Assembly: GCA_963848135.1 (NCBI GenBank)
Contig: CAWKCK010000017.1
Span: forward strand, 496,001-560,000
Source: an uncultured delta proteobacterium
GTDB lineage: Bacteria; Desulfobacterota; Desulfobacteria; Desulfobacterales; SG8-13
Reading direction: 5' to 3'
DNA: 64,000 bases
Shown: positions 1 through 9,875 of the stretch, piece after piece
How the letters are laid out: each line of letters opens with the position of its first letter
Position numbering within the stretch: the stretch's first letter is position 1
Notes under the pieces: generated by a model
What the model saw: only the letters and a program-made list of their open reading frames with translations
Database searches by the model: none
What the model was told of the DNA's origin: nothing
Position numbers and translations under genes: made by a program

Positions 1-731
1 GGGTCAACTCGCGGGGTTTTATCAGTCTTCCCTTAGTGGGCGAGGTCCATATAAGCGGCTTGACGGCCATAGAAGCCGAAGAAAAAATCGAAGAGATGTA
101 CAAAACACGCTTCATCAAAGATCCACATGTCAGTATTTTCGTGGAGGAGCAAATTAGCCAGCGCATCACCCTGGTTGGCCAATTCAAGAACCCCGGCACC
201 TACGATTATCTTTCGAACCAGAGGCTGCTCGACGCCATCGCACTAGGTGGCGGATTGAGTGAGAAAGCTGCCCAGGTGGTGCAGGTACGCAGGACACGCT
301 ATGTTCAGGGAGAACCAACCACTTTTGTGGTTGACCTGGACCGCCTGGTAAAAGAAGGCAGAATCGAGTCGAATATCAGGGTGAACGGCGGAGATGTTTT
401 ATTTGTACCCGAAGCCGGTGTATTTTTCGTTGACGGAGCTGTGAAGCGACCCGGTGCCTATCCAATCAAACACCAAACAGTCGTTCAGGAAGGCATCGTC
501 GAGGCAGGGGGGTTCGAGTCTTTCGCAAAAAAGGATATTATTAGGCTGGTGCGCATCACGGAAACCGGGGAGAGGAAGATTATCGAGCTCGACTTAAATG
601 AAACGGATTCCAGGAAAATGGTGTTGAAAGATCGGGATATTCTTATTGTTGGAGAGGGTGTCCTGGGCGGATTGGGTAGAGGTTTCAGCATTTCCGTTCT
701 CGGTACTGGGTTCGCTTATTGGGGGAGATAG
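1..731 (+). CDS. Polysaccharide export protein (Poly_export + SLBB domains), 5'-truncated by the window edge
   Basis: Frame is open from the window start (VNSRGFISLPLVGEV...). Shows Wza-type motifs G.I.LPLVG, GQFKNPG.Y, LLDAIALGGG and a second SLBB (GAVKRPGAY). Confidence 0.9.
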   Translation, partial: VNSRGFISLPLVGEVHISGLTAIEAEEKIEEMYKTRFIKDPHVSIFVEEQISQRITLVGQFKNPGTYDYLSNQRLLDAIALGGGLSEKAAQVVQVRRTRYVQGEPTTFVVDLDRLVKEGRIESNIRVNGGDVLFVPEAGVFFVDGAVKRPGAYPIKHQTVVQEGIVEAGGFESFAKKDIIRLVRITETGERKIIELDLNETDSRKMVLKDRDILIVGEGVLGGLGRGFSISVLGTGFAYWGR

Positions 732-872
732 TCACAGGGCTTTTTCATAGCGCAAATTTATCTATACTGCCAAAATGGATATTTTTTGTGGGAATCCATA
801 AGGGTTTTGCTTAATAATATACCAAAATTTTCAAGCCGGTGCAGTCAAGTCATGCTGGCAGCTTAAGGATGC

Positions 873-2519
873 ATGAAGATGAAAAATTACAACACAATCG
901 ATTTAGGTAGACGGGTCATGATTTTGGTTGGGATATTGTCATGGATGGGTGGGCTTCTTGTAGGATGCGGCGGCAACAGTAGCACCGGAAGTGGTTACAT
1001 CCCCCTGGAGGGCAGCCGAAGCCCAAGCGCAGAGATAACTTTACCGGTAAACACCTTTTTCAATGAAGGCGAAAACATTGTCTTCAGCGGCTTAGGTTCA
1101 GATAGTGAAGGAGCCCAGCTCACTGACGACGCACTGGTGTGGACATCGAGTATCGATGGCATAATTGGTATCGGTTCAAACCTTATCACCAGTGCCTTGT
1201 CTTCTGGTGAACATGATATTTCCCTATCGGTGACCGATTCTATTGGTACGACATTCACTACGGGACCTGTAAATATCAGTGTGGAGTCGACCCGGTTTAT
1301 CAAAATGGGCTCTCAAACCGCAGGTGTCGTTGACGCGAACTATGCGTTTGATGGTGAACATGATACCGCGGCTATCATTACCACGGATATAACCGCATCT
1401 ATTAACTTTAAGGCATACATCTCCGGTGAAAATACATTCCTCTTTAAAATTAAACTGGGGACTTCGTCACTCGGATCAATTCTAAGTGTCGAGGGGCTGG
1501 TCACAGATGGAAACTGGCAATCGGTCAACGATATTGATCTGTTAGACGATAAGACCGTCACTGTCAAGGTTGTCGATGCACAGACTTACAAGGACGCTAA
1601 GGGATACATCAATTTGAGGGTGACTTTAGTGAATGGACAAAGTTCGGATAGCGTTCCCGTTTACGAATTTTGGCGAAGCGACTCTTTTTATGCTGGATCG
1701 GAGACCATTGGTGTTGATTATGTTGATCAGGCCTTCGATGGCAATCCATCTACGGCTGCCGCCATAACTGATCCACCGTTTTCGCTAAACGACGGTCCTT
1801 TCCTGCATTTCAAAACTTACTTGGGCTGGAGAGATTCCATTAACATCACGTTAAATGTATTGCTGAACAACCTCGGATCCCAACATTACATCCGCTTCTA
1901 TGTTGAAGATATAAAGACGGGAAACTTTATTTTTATAGAAGATGTGATCCTCAATACGAGTGAAGCTAGAGCCATTTCCATTCAAGATGCCCAAAATTAC
2001 CTCGATGCAGAAGGTTTCATCAACTTGCGTGCATACTGGATTGGCATTAAGACTCCAGGGGCTTCTGTTGAAGTGTATGAAATCTGGCGTACCGATCCAT
2101 TTTTTGTGGGACCCAAAACATCTTTCGACGGTCCGGTTGTGGGTCCGGAGAGAGCCGTGGACGCAGATTCTGATACGTTCGCTGAAATCCACTATTACTG
2201 GGGGGAATTGGATCACGAGGATTTTTTGCATGTACAAACATATGTGGGAGATGTGTCTCCTATTACTTTCTCTGTTGAAGCGGGATTATCAGCTCTTCCA
2301 AACGCAGATTTAGTTATCGAAGGGGAGTACGAACCGGACAAATGGTCGATTATTGATCGGACCTCTTTAGGAGATGTTCAGGCGGTAACAATCATCGAGC
2401 TTCAGAACGCCCGAGAATTTGTCGATGCCGATGGTCATCTGAATTTAAGATTTCGGTGGGAATCCGATCCGCTGAATCACGATGCTTACATTTACGAAAT
2501 ACAACGCAAACAAGATTGA
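873..2519 (+). CDS. Lipoprotein with an Ig/PKD-like domain and three internal ~130-aa repeats
   Basis: Lipobox LLVGC then a Gly/Ser linker; Ig-like segment (VWTSSIDG..G.G...GEHDISLSVTD); three repeats sharing A(F/V)D, DA.G.(I/L)NLR and YE(F/I).R. Confidence 0.75.
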   Translation: MKMKNYNTIDLGRRVMILVGILSWMGGLLVGCGGNSSTGSGYIPLEGSRSPSAEITLPVNTFFNEGENIVFSGLGSDSEGAQLTDDALVWTSSIDGIIGIGSNLITSALSSGEHDISLSVTDSIGTTFTTGPVNISVESTRFIKMGSQTAGVVDANYAFDGEHDTAAIITTDITASINFKAYISGENTFLFKIKLGTSSLGSILSVEGLVTDGNWQSVNDIDLLDDKTVTVKVVDAQTYKDAKGYINLRVTLVNGQSSDSVPVYEFWRSDSFYAGSETIGVDYVDQAFDGNPSTAAAITDPPFSLNDGPFLHFKTYLGWRDSINITLNVLLNNLGSQHYIRFYVEDIKTGNFIFIEDVILNTSEARAISIQDAQNYLDAEGFINLRAYWIGIKTPGASVEVYEIWRTDPFFVGPKTSFDGPVVGPERAVDADSDTFAEIHYYWGELDHEDFLHVQTYVGDVSPITFSVEAGLSALPNADLVIEGEYEPDKWSIIDRTSLGDVQAVTIIELQNAREFVDADGHLNLRFRWESDPLNHDAYIYEIQRKQD

Positions 2520-2554
2520 AAAAGATCCAACCACTCGGTGATTAATAGGATTCT

Positions 2555-3802
2555 ATGAAAATTTTGCTATCTGCCTATGCTTGCGAACCGAATCGAGGTT
2601 CAGAACCGGGTAATGGTTGGAATTGGGCCTTGCATTTGGCGTTGGAAGGGCATGATGTGACAATGATGACATGCCCTGATGGCCGCCATGCAATAGATGA
2701 GCAGCTCAATGAAATTGGAAACTCGATTTCATTGAGAGTCAAGTATGTTGACGTCCCTATTTGGGTAAAATTATTTTTAAAAGGGCGTATAGGAGTATTT
2801 GCGCATTACTATTTTTGGCAGAAGTTTGCTCTGATGGCAGCGAAGAATTTGTCAAAGAACGTTGACATTATACACCATGTGACATGGGGAAGCATAAAAG
2901 GTGGATCAGAGCTATGGCGACTTCATAAACCTTTCATTTTTGGACCTGTCGGTGGGGGTCAGGTTGCACCATCGGGTTTTGGTTCTATTTTTGGGGAGGG
3001 ATATATTTTTGAACAAATTCGTACTGTATATACAAAAATATTTCTTCCATTTAATCCATTCTTGAAATTACTCATTCGAAATACGTCTCTTGTCCTTGTG
3101 ACAAATAAGGAAACATCTTTTTTAGTGAAACGCATGGGTGTAAAAAATAAGGCGTTTTTCTTTGACACAGGCCTACCCGACAGTTTTTATCCAAAACGTT
3201 TTCCAATACGGAAACAAAATAGCATTTTTAAAATCCTTTGGATTGGAAGCTTGTATCCCAGGAAGGGATTGGCGATTGCCATTGAAGTTGTAAAGAGATT
3301 TAAATATCCGGTTAAGCTTACAATTGTTGGGGATGGACCGATGGGCTCAAAACTCAAAAAAAAACTAAAAGATCCTCTACTTCAAAAGCGAGTTGAGTGG
3401 TGTGGCCAAGTTCCATGGCGAATGGTAAGGAACTATTACAAAAATTGTGATGCACTATTGTTTACAAGTCTTCGCGATTCATGCCCAGCCCAGCTTTTGG
3501 AGGCCATGGCATTTGGTCTACCAATTGTTACACTTAACCACCACGGTGCACGCGATTTGGTTCCGGACTCTGCAGGTATAAAAGTCGAAATTGGTTCACT
3601 TGCGACTACGATCAAGCGTTTGACACAAGGAATTGAATTCCTGTTTGAATTCTCAGAGCAAAGAGTGGCTATGGGTAGAGCTGGATATGAATTTGCTATG
3701 CTGCATAAATGGAGTCGAAAGGCACATTTAGTAAGCCAACTTTATGAACGTGTTATTAGAAACCAGAGTGAGGTAAAGATATCTTTGGAAAATGGTTTAT
3801 AA
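2555..3802 (+). CDS. Glycosyltransferase family 4
   Basis: MKILLSAYACEPNRGSEPG N-terminus; GT-B motifs RKG and LLEAMAFGLPIV. Confidence 0.92.
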   Translation: MKILLSAYACEPNRGSEPGNGWNWALHLALEGHDVTMMTCPDGRHAIDEQLNEIGNSISLRVKYVDVPIWVKLFLKGRIGVFAHYYFWQKFALMAAKNLSKNVDIIHHVTWGSIKGGSELWRLHKPFIFGPVGGGQVAPSGFGSIFGEGYIFEQIRTVYTKIFLPFNPFLKLLIRNTSLVLVTNKETSFLVKRMGVKNKAFFFDTGLPDSFYPKRFPIRKQNSIFKILWIGSLYPRKGLAIAIEVVKRFKYPVKLTIVGDGPMGSKLKKKLKDPLLQKRVEWCGQVPWRMVRNYYKNCDALLFTSLRDSCPAQLLEAMAFGLPIVTLNHHGARDLVPDSAGIKVEIGSLATTIKRLTQGIEFLFEFSEQRVAMGRAGYEFAMLHKWSRKAHLVSQLYERVIRNQSEVKISLENGL

Positions 3803-3861
3803 GGTGAAGATAGTCTAATTATCCGTGGCCAACAGGTGGAGGAGATACTCAATTAGTCTAA

Positions 3862-4593
3862 TTGACCAAAACAACGCTGAAATGCAATGATATTGGTTTA
3901 AGTATGCATAAAAGATTATATATCAAATACATTGGGGAAAACAGAAACGGCTGGATTTCTGAACACTGCAAGGATAAGCATGTAATTCATTTAGGGTGTA
4001 CTGATTCAATGATGACTCACAGTCATCTAAAAAGTGGTCAATTCCTTCACGAAATTTTAACTAAAAATTCTTGTAGTGTTATTGGGTTAGATATTGATAG
4101 GGATGGAATTCAATTTATGAAAAGAACTCTTAAGTATGATAATGTAATGTTTGGAGATGCTGAAAGATTATCAGAATTTATCTACAAAAGGTTTGACGTG
4201 ATTGTTGCTTGCGATGTTATTGAACATTTCAATAATCCCGGACTATTTTTTTCTGAAGCTAAAAAGTGCCTTCTTCAAAATGAAGGAGGTACAATAATTT
4301 TATCTTTTCCAAATTCACTGTCATTTAAAAATATTGTTTCAGCAATTATACGTAGAAAAGAGACAATTCATCCAAATCATGTATCTTGTTATTCACCGAT
4401 GTGCATAGAAGAGATCTGTCGTCGTTGGAATTATAAAGTGAATGGATGGGTTGGGTATACGTGGTCTAAAAAAACAATCGAAAACAAATTCGGAAATATT
4501 ATGGCTAAAATTGTAATAAAAATAACGAAAAATGGTTATTTGGCACAAGGAATTGGTTGCATACTTTCAATGAACAACAGATCTAATGTTTAA
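3862..4593 (+). CDS. Class I SAM-dependent methyltransferase (alternative start ATG 3904)
   Basis: VIHLGC, IGLDID, GDAE, FDVIVACDVIEH motifs. Confidence 0.8.
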   Translation: MTKTTLKCNDIGLSMHKRLYIKYIGENRNGWISEHCKDKHVIHLGCTDSMMTHSHLKSGQFLHEILTKNSCSVIGLDIDRDGIQFMKRTLKYDNVMFGDAERLSEFIYKRFDVIVACDVIEHFNNPGLFFSEAKKCLLQNEGGTIILSFPNSLSFKNIVSAIIRRKETIHPNHVSCYSPMCIEEICRRWNYKVNGWVGYTWSKKTIENKFGNIMAKIVIKITKNGYLAQGIGCILSMNNRSNV

Positions 4594-4680
4594 TTGAAAT
4601 TATCACGAATATCAAAAATTTCGCACTGGTTGTAATTATCAAATAAAAACGGACATTGATTTAAATAGCATGCTATAAAT

Positions 4681-4879
4681 GTTCTTTCTCATATTCCGTG
4701 AGACTGAGATATCCTAACGCGGTATCCTCAACCATTCGATTACCCCCTTCATGCCGGAAAGCATGAAGGAGTGAACAACAAAATAAAGGTCATTAAACGT
4801 GTAGCGTACGGAACCCATGATAGGCGCTACTTTACATTAAAAATTAACAGGCTTTCTTCCACTAATCGGGAAAAGAACC
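4681..4879 (+). mobile_element. Degenerate ISL3-family remnant (transposase C-terminus plus right end)
   Basis: Frameshifted translation GILNH/DYPLHAGKHEGVNNKIKVIKRVAYGTHDRRYFTLKI matches the ISL3 transposase C-terminal signature. Ends in ...GGGAAAAGAACC; a GTTCTTT-like possible left end lies at 4681. Confidence 0.8.
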
Positions 4880-4969
4880 AAACAATTAATAGAAAAAATT
4901 ATTATTAAAGAAACCACCCCCGAGCATACTGTAATCTTAAGGTGGGTTAGAAAAAGTTTTTGGGCCGTA

Positions 4970-6187
4970 ATGGATCAAGGACTATTTGCTACATCCAATT
5001 TTTTTTTAAGTATCTTGCTAGCTCGCTGGCTAGATCCACTTGAATACGGCGCCTTTTCAGTTGTATATACGACTTTTCTTTTTTTGAGCACCTTTCATAC
5101 CGGGATGATAATTGAGCCTATGCTAGTGTTCGGCCCTGGTAAGTACAAGGGCAAGTTTAAAGCATATCTTCGAACGCTAATTTTAGGAAGCTGGTTTTTT
5201 GGTATTATAGTGGGAATTATTTTTTTAATAGCATATTTTGCTTTACTAAATTATTCAAAAAGTACTTTAACCCCAACACTTTTAGTAATGTCGATCTCCA
5301 GTCCGGTAATTTTGTTTCAGTGGCTCATGCGTAAAGCATGTTATATCAACCTGCAACCAAAGCTCGCGGCCTTTGCGGGATTTGGATACATGGCCCTTAT
5401 TTTCATTGGTGCTTTCGGTCTAAATTATTATGAACAATTAAGGCCTTTTACTGTCCTGATTATTATGACTTTAGCCCATCTTTTCTCCGGTCTATGGCTT
5501 TTTTTTAAGTTAGGAATTCATTTCAATATACACAAAGATAAAGAATTGATGGTCAACGTATTAAATAATCACTGGAAATACGGAAAGTGGGCCTCAGGAA
5601 CAGCTGCTTTATCTTGGATACCGAGTAACGTATTCATACTCTTTCTTCCACTTTGGGGTGGACTTGAAGCATCAGCGGCATATAAAGCCCTGATAAATTT
5701 GATATTACCGATACTTCACGTTATTACAGCCTTGGGTGCTGTTATGCTGCCAATATTTGTTGAAAAAAGAGATTTAAAGGAGTTTCGGCGGCTGATCATT
5801 TACCTTTTCTTTCCTTATATTCTTGGACCAATTCTTTATATGTTTTTCATAGGGATTTTTGGAGATTCAATAATTCACATCCTATACGATGGAAAATATA
5901 TTGAATATACAAATTTACTCTGGCTAATCGGTATAATACCAATTATTTTCGCTATGGTTAACCTTTCAGTCATTGTCTTACAAGCTATAGAATTACCTTA
6001 TATAATTTTTCGTGCTCACATAATATCATCAGGAATTGTCTTCACTTTAGGCTTATTTATTGTTAAGGCCTGGGGAGTATACGGAGCAATGGCCGGTTGG
6101 TTGATAGCTTATTTAGCAATCGGAAGTATTTTGGCCGGTAAGTACACTATAATTAAGCAAAATTCTACCTTCAATCTTGAACCTTAA
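4970..6187 (+). CDS. Wzx-like polysaccharide flippase
   Basis: About 12 hydrophobic segments; LARWLDPLEYGAFSVV and GVYGAMAG motifs; EPS-cluster context. Confidence 0.8.
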   Translation: MDQGLFATSNFFLSILLARWLDPLEYGAFSVVYTTFLFLSTFHTGMIIEPMLVFGPGKYKGKFKAYLRTLILGSWFFGIIVGIIFLIAYFALLNYSKSTLTPTLLVMSISSPVILFQWLMRKACYINLQPKLAAFAGFGYMALIFIGAFGLNYYEQLRPFTVLIIMTLAHLFSGLWLFFKLGIHFNIHKDKELMVNVLNNHWKYGKWASGTAALSWIPSNVFILFLPLWGGLEASAAYKALINLILPILHVITALGAVMLPIFVEKRDLKEFRRLIIYLFFPYILGPILYMFFIGIFGDSIIHILYDGKYIEYTNLLWLIGIIPIIFAMVNLSVIVLQAIELPYIIFRAHIISSGIVFTLGLFIVKAWGVYGAMAGWLIAYLAIGSILAGKYTIIKQNSTFNLEP

Positions 6188-6230
6188 AAAATAGCCAAAC
6201 GACCGCAAATAGCATATTGGTTACATTATT

Positions 6231-6776
6231 ATGGGTCCCATACCGAATACACTGGTCAGGAAAATTTTTCAGAAAGTGATTAGATTTTATGCGGTTCGTC
6301 AAAATGTGATTATTGGGAAAAGTGTTCACATTGGTATTTGGTCTAAATTGTGGGCGCCAGAGAGACTCCAAATAGGTGACAATGTCTATATTGGAAAATT
6401 CTGCACTCTTGAGTGTGACGGAATGATTGAACACGATGTATTGATAGCCAATAATGTTGGATTAATTGGACGCTACGACCATGATTTTAGATCTGTTGGG
6501 ATGACGATAAGAAAAGCCCCATGGATTGGAGATAAAAGATATAATGGGCCTGGAAAGAGCTTAAAGATAATTGTTAAAAAAGATGTTTGGATTGGGTTTG
6601 GGGCTATTGTCATATCAGGCGTAAATATTGGAAGAGGCGCAATAATAAGCGCTGGCGCAATTGTGACAAAGGATGTTGCCCCATATTCAATTGTAGCTGG
6701 GAGTCCCGCAAAAAAAATAGGAATGCGATTTGATCAGAAAAATATGGACTTGCATGAAAGCATTCTCAATAAATGA
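6231..6776 (+). CDS. Hexapeptide-repeat (LbH) O-acyltransferase
   Basis: [43 protein letters not shown]. Confidence 0.88.
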   Translation: MGPIPNTLVRKIFQKVIRFYAVRQNVIIGKSVHIGIWSKLWAPERLQIGDNVYIGKFCTLECDGMIEHDVLIANNVGLIGRYDHDFRSVGMTIRKAPWIGDKRYNGPGKSLKIIVKKDVWIGFGAIVISGVNIGRGAIISAGAIVTKDVAPYSIVAGSPAKKIGMRFDQKNMDLHESILNK

Positions 6777-6968
6777 ATGCTTGTCAGAAAACGGCTAAAA
6801 TACAATCAAAATTCAAGCTTCAAAAGAAATGAAAGTGCCCCTGTGTCCCGAAAAATAGCGATGCAGGATACAGGTACGATGATTGATGTTCTTTAATTCT
6901 GAAATGCTATAGATCATGCAGAAGCGTCCCTTGTTACTATATTTTTCATTTCTTTATAGCAGTATTAT

Positions 6969-8444
6969 ATGAATTCAGTATCTCTATCTGTTCTCTTCTT
7001 GCTGTCAGGAAGTTTTAGTGTTCTGGTTGTCTTTCTATTGATACTAAAGCCACTTATTGGCTTCGTGACTATCCTTCTCATATGTCTTTTGACATACATT
7101 ATTCTTTTAAGACCATTAATATCGGATTTCTATTTAACTATTTTAGGATTTACCCTTTCTGGATATGCTTATTTTGGTAGGGGTTTCGCTTATTTTGGTA
7201 TATATCCCGTATATGTTGGTGAGGTCGTTTTAGCGATAGGTTGTATTATTTTAATCTTGAAACCAAATGCACATATATTTCACTCGCGAATAACCTGGCT
7301 TCTCCTCCTGCTTATGCTAATTGGTGCAATAGGCACCATATCCAATATCGGAACTTATGGTGTTGATGCATTGCGTGATTCTGTTCTATGGGGATACGGC
7401 CTATTCGCCTTGCTAACAGCATCTTTTCTCATGCGAATAAGATCAGTATGGGATATTGTTTATGCCTATCGTAGATGGATCCTCTATCTATTGTGCTGGT
7501 TCCCCATTGGAATGGTTTTGTATTACATGGCAAATGACATCATACCACGATGGCCGACAAGCGACATCCCGGTCGTCAATCCTAAGAGTGGAGATATTGC
7601 AGTACATCTTACTGGCGCCCTTTCCTTTTTAGCTTTGGGCTTATTTCGATTTGATCGAAATGAAACAAGAGCCTTGTCAGAAATGAAATCATGGGTTTTG
7701 TGGATCTTGTTGCTTGTAGGTTTGGTCACAATCTTATCAGATAGAGCTGCGATTTTAACTGTTATATCCACTTCGTTGCTTATTTTTTTTATACGTCCAT
7801 CGTTTCAATGGGCAAAACCATTAGTTTTGTTTTTTATGCTAACAGTAGCTTTTCATGCATTTGATTTACAATTTTCCTTCAGATCTGATCGATCAATATC
7901 CACTCAAACAATGTTTGAAACTGTAGAGAGTATTTTTCATTTTACTGGCTCTACGCAATATGATGGTCCACGTGAATGGCGAATGGAATGGTGGAGTGAA
8001 ATTATAGATTATACCATTTGGGGTGATTTTTTTTGGACTGGCAAAGGGTATGGTATAAATTTGGCTGACGATGACGGATTCCAAGTCATTGGTTATTATC
8101 ACCCGCAAACTCTGAGGAGCCCTCATAACAGCCACTTAACCTTTTTGGCTCGTAGTGGAGTGCCTGGATTTCTGGCCTGGTTAACCCTACAGGGTTTGTT
8201 TGGTATTAGTCTTTTTCGTTCATATCGAAAGGCAGTCAGAACAGGCCGGCATGACTGGGCGTCTTTAAACCTTTGGGTGCTTGCTTACTGGTTTGCATTT
8301 ATGGTCAATGCGGCATTCGATGTTTTCCTTGAAGGTCCTCAGGGTGGAATCTGGTTTTGGTGTCTGTTCGGTTTTGGTATCGCCTTAATAGAAGTTCAAC
8401 GGAATGGCTATCAGACCCCCCTTGTCAGTCGCAATGCCCGCTAA
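6969..8444 (+). CDS. O-antigen ligase / Wzy-family polymerase
   Basis: Multi-TM protein; Wzy_C-type R...W...I, GKGYG, PHNSHL..LA..GVPG motifs. Confidence 0.85.
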   Translation: MNSVSLSVLFLLSGSFSVLVVFLLILKPLIGFVTILLICLLTYIILLRPLISDFYLTILGFTLSGYAYFGRGFAYFGIYPVYVGEVVLAIGCIILILKPNAHIFHSRITWLLLLLMLIGAIGTISNIGTYGVDALRDSVLWGYGLFALLTASFLMRIRSVWDIVYAYRRWILYLLCWFPIGMVLYYMANDIIPRWPTSDIPVVNPKSGDIAVHLTGALSFLALGLFRFDRNETRALSEMKSWVLWILLLVGLVTILSDRAAILTVISTSLLIFFIRPSFQWAKPLVLFFMLTVAFHAFDLQFSFRSDRSISTQTMFETVESIFHFTGSTQYDGPREWRMEWWSEIIDYTIWGDFFWTGKGYGINLADDDGFQVIGYYHPQTLRSPHNSHLTFLARSGVPGFLAWLTLQGLFGISLFRSYRKAVRTGRHDWASLNLWVLAYWFAFMVNAAFDVFLEGPQGGIWFWCLFGFGIALIEVQRNGYQTPLVSRNAR

Positions 8445-8596
8445 GAGGCAACTCAACTACCAAGCGTTATGTTATTTCACAACGGATATAATCTGGTGAT
8501 ACTTGAAGTATATTCTGTTTTGGTTAATTCTCAATTATTTCGCCATTTAACTACAACTAAATTAGAAATGATCCTCAGTTGAAAGGTGACCAAAGA

Positions 8597-8815
8597 ATAA
8601 ACATCGCTCAAAAAGACAGCGAATCTGATTCCTTTACCGAGGAACGATATCTGTAATTTTTCCATTATTTCAAAAAAAACACAACGAGAGTCTTAGATAT
8701 TGGTTGTAATACTGGTAGAGACGCGGCGATGCTGAAAAAGTTGGATACTATGTTAGAAATTTCAGGACTCGATGTAGTCGAGGAAAGAATCAAAAATATA
8801 CCAGATGATATCCAT
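8597..8815 (+). pseudogene. N-terminal fragment of a SAM methyltransferase, in frame with the downstream WecB/TagA gene
   Basis: Same frame as 8729..9583 reads DSFTEERYL*FFHYFKKNTTRVLDIGCNTGRDAAMLKK...ISGLDVVEERI; motif I and the GLD motif are present, with TAA at 8654-8656. Confidence 0.7.
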
Positions 8816-9583
8816 GAGCATATCCTGGGTATACGGGTAGGGGTTACCACCTATGAAGAGTCTACAAGCCAAATACTTGACTGGGCAGTAAATAGCCAAA
8901 GCCGCTACGTATGTGCAGCCAACGTGCACATGGTCATGGAAGCATACGACGAGGCCACTCTACGAACGGTGGTTAACAAGGCCGACCTTGTCACCCCGGA
9001 CGGCATGCCCCTGGTTTGGATGTTGAGCCGGTTGGGCCATCCGCTCGAGGACAGGGTGTACGGCCCCACCCTGATGTTGAAGGTATTGGCGGCAGCGGAC
9101 AGGCAGGGCATCCCGGTGGGATTTTACGGCGGTGCACCGGATGTATCGGTTAGACTCGTAAACAATATCAAAAATAGATATCCTGATCTTGAAGTCGTCT
9201 ATCGATTCAGTCCTCCTTTTAGAGAGCTTACGAGTAGGGAAGACAGGGACATTACTCAGGACCTCAAGGCTTCCAAAACCAGAATTCTTTTCGTGGGCCT
9301 GGGTTGTCCCAAACAGGAGCGTTGGATGGCGGCACACAAGGACAAAATTCAAGCGGTAATGATCGGTGTAGGAGCGGCTTTCGATTTTCATGCCGGAAAG
9401 GTCAGGCAGGCACCTAATTGGTTGCAGAACAAAGGTTTGGAATGGCTGTTTAGACTGTTTGTTGAACCCTGCAGGCTTTGGAAGCGCTACCTGAAACATA
9501 ACCCGCGTTTTGCAGTGTTGGGATTTATTGAATTGGCCAGAAAAAGAAGTTGGAAAACTGTCAACGCGGCAAAGCAACTTTAA
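8729..9583 (+). CDS. WecB/TagA/CpsF family glycosyltransferase (chimeric N-terminus)
   Basis: TPDGMPLVW, RVYGPTLM, FVGLGCPKQE, GVGAAFDF, GLEWLFRL..EP.RLWKRY. Confidence 0.92.
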   Translation: MLKKLDTMLEISGLDVVEERIKNIPDDIHEHILGIRVGVTTYEESTSQILDWAVNSQSRYVCAANVHMVMEAYDEATLRTVVNKADLVTPDGMPLVWMLSRLGHPLEDRVYGPTLMLKVLAAADRQGIPVGFYGGAPDVSVRLVNNIKNRYPDLEVVYRFSPPFRELTSREDRDITQDLKASKTRILFVGLGCPKQERWMAAHKDKIQAVMIGVGAAFDFHAGKVRQAPNWLQNKGLEWLFRLFVEPCRLWKRYLKHNPRFAVLGFIELARKRSWKTVNAAKQL

Positions 9584-9875
9584 AACTAATATCCCAAAAC
9601 GGATGCTGGGTTTCGGCAGGTCGTGGATTATAGGCTGCCCTGCATGAGAGATGTCGCTGGTCAAGTGTAAAAGGTAAGAATTCCCCGTATCTGGCTGCAA
9701 TATTCTGGACGGAAACAGATCCCTACCTTGGCTGTGGTGATAGCCCTGAGTAATTTCCCACTATTTATATCCCTTTCCACATTCGTACCGTCGATGCAAA
9801 CAATTGATCAACGACTTAACGATTATCGATCGTACTTACCCGAAGAAAATGGCGCAATGACTGGGTGGGCTGACC

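Noticed and set aside
8960..9700. 246-aa antisense ORF, and similar antisense ORFs over etfB, VKOR, KamA and hisD
   Set aside because: Opposite well-supported genes in GC-rich sequence; no independent coding signal.
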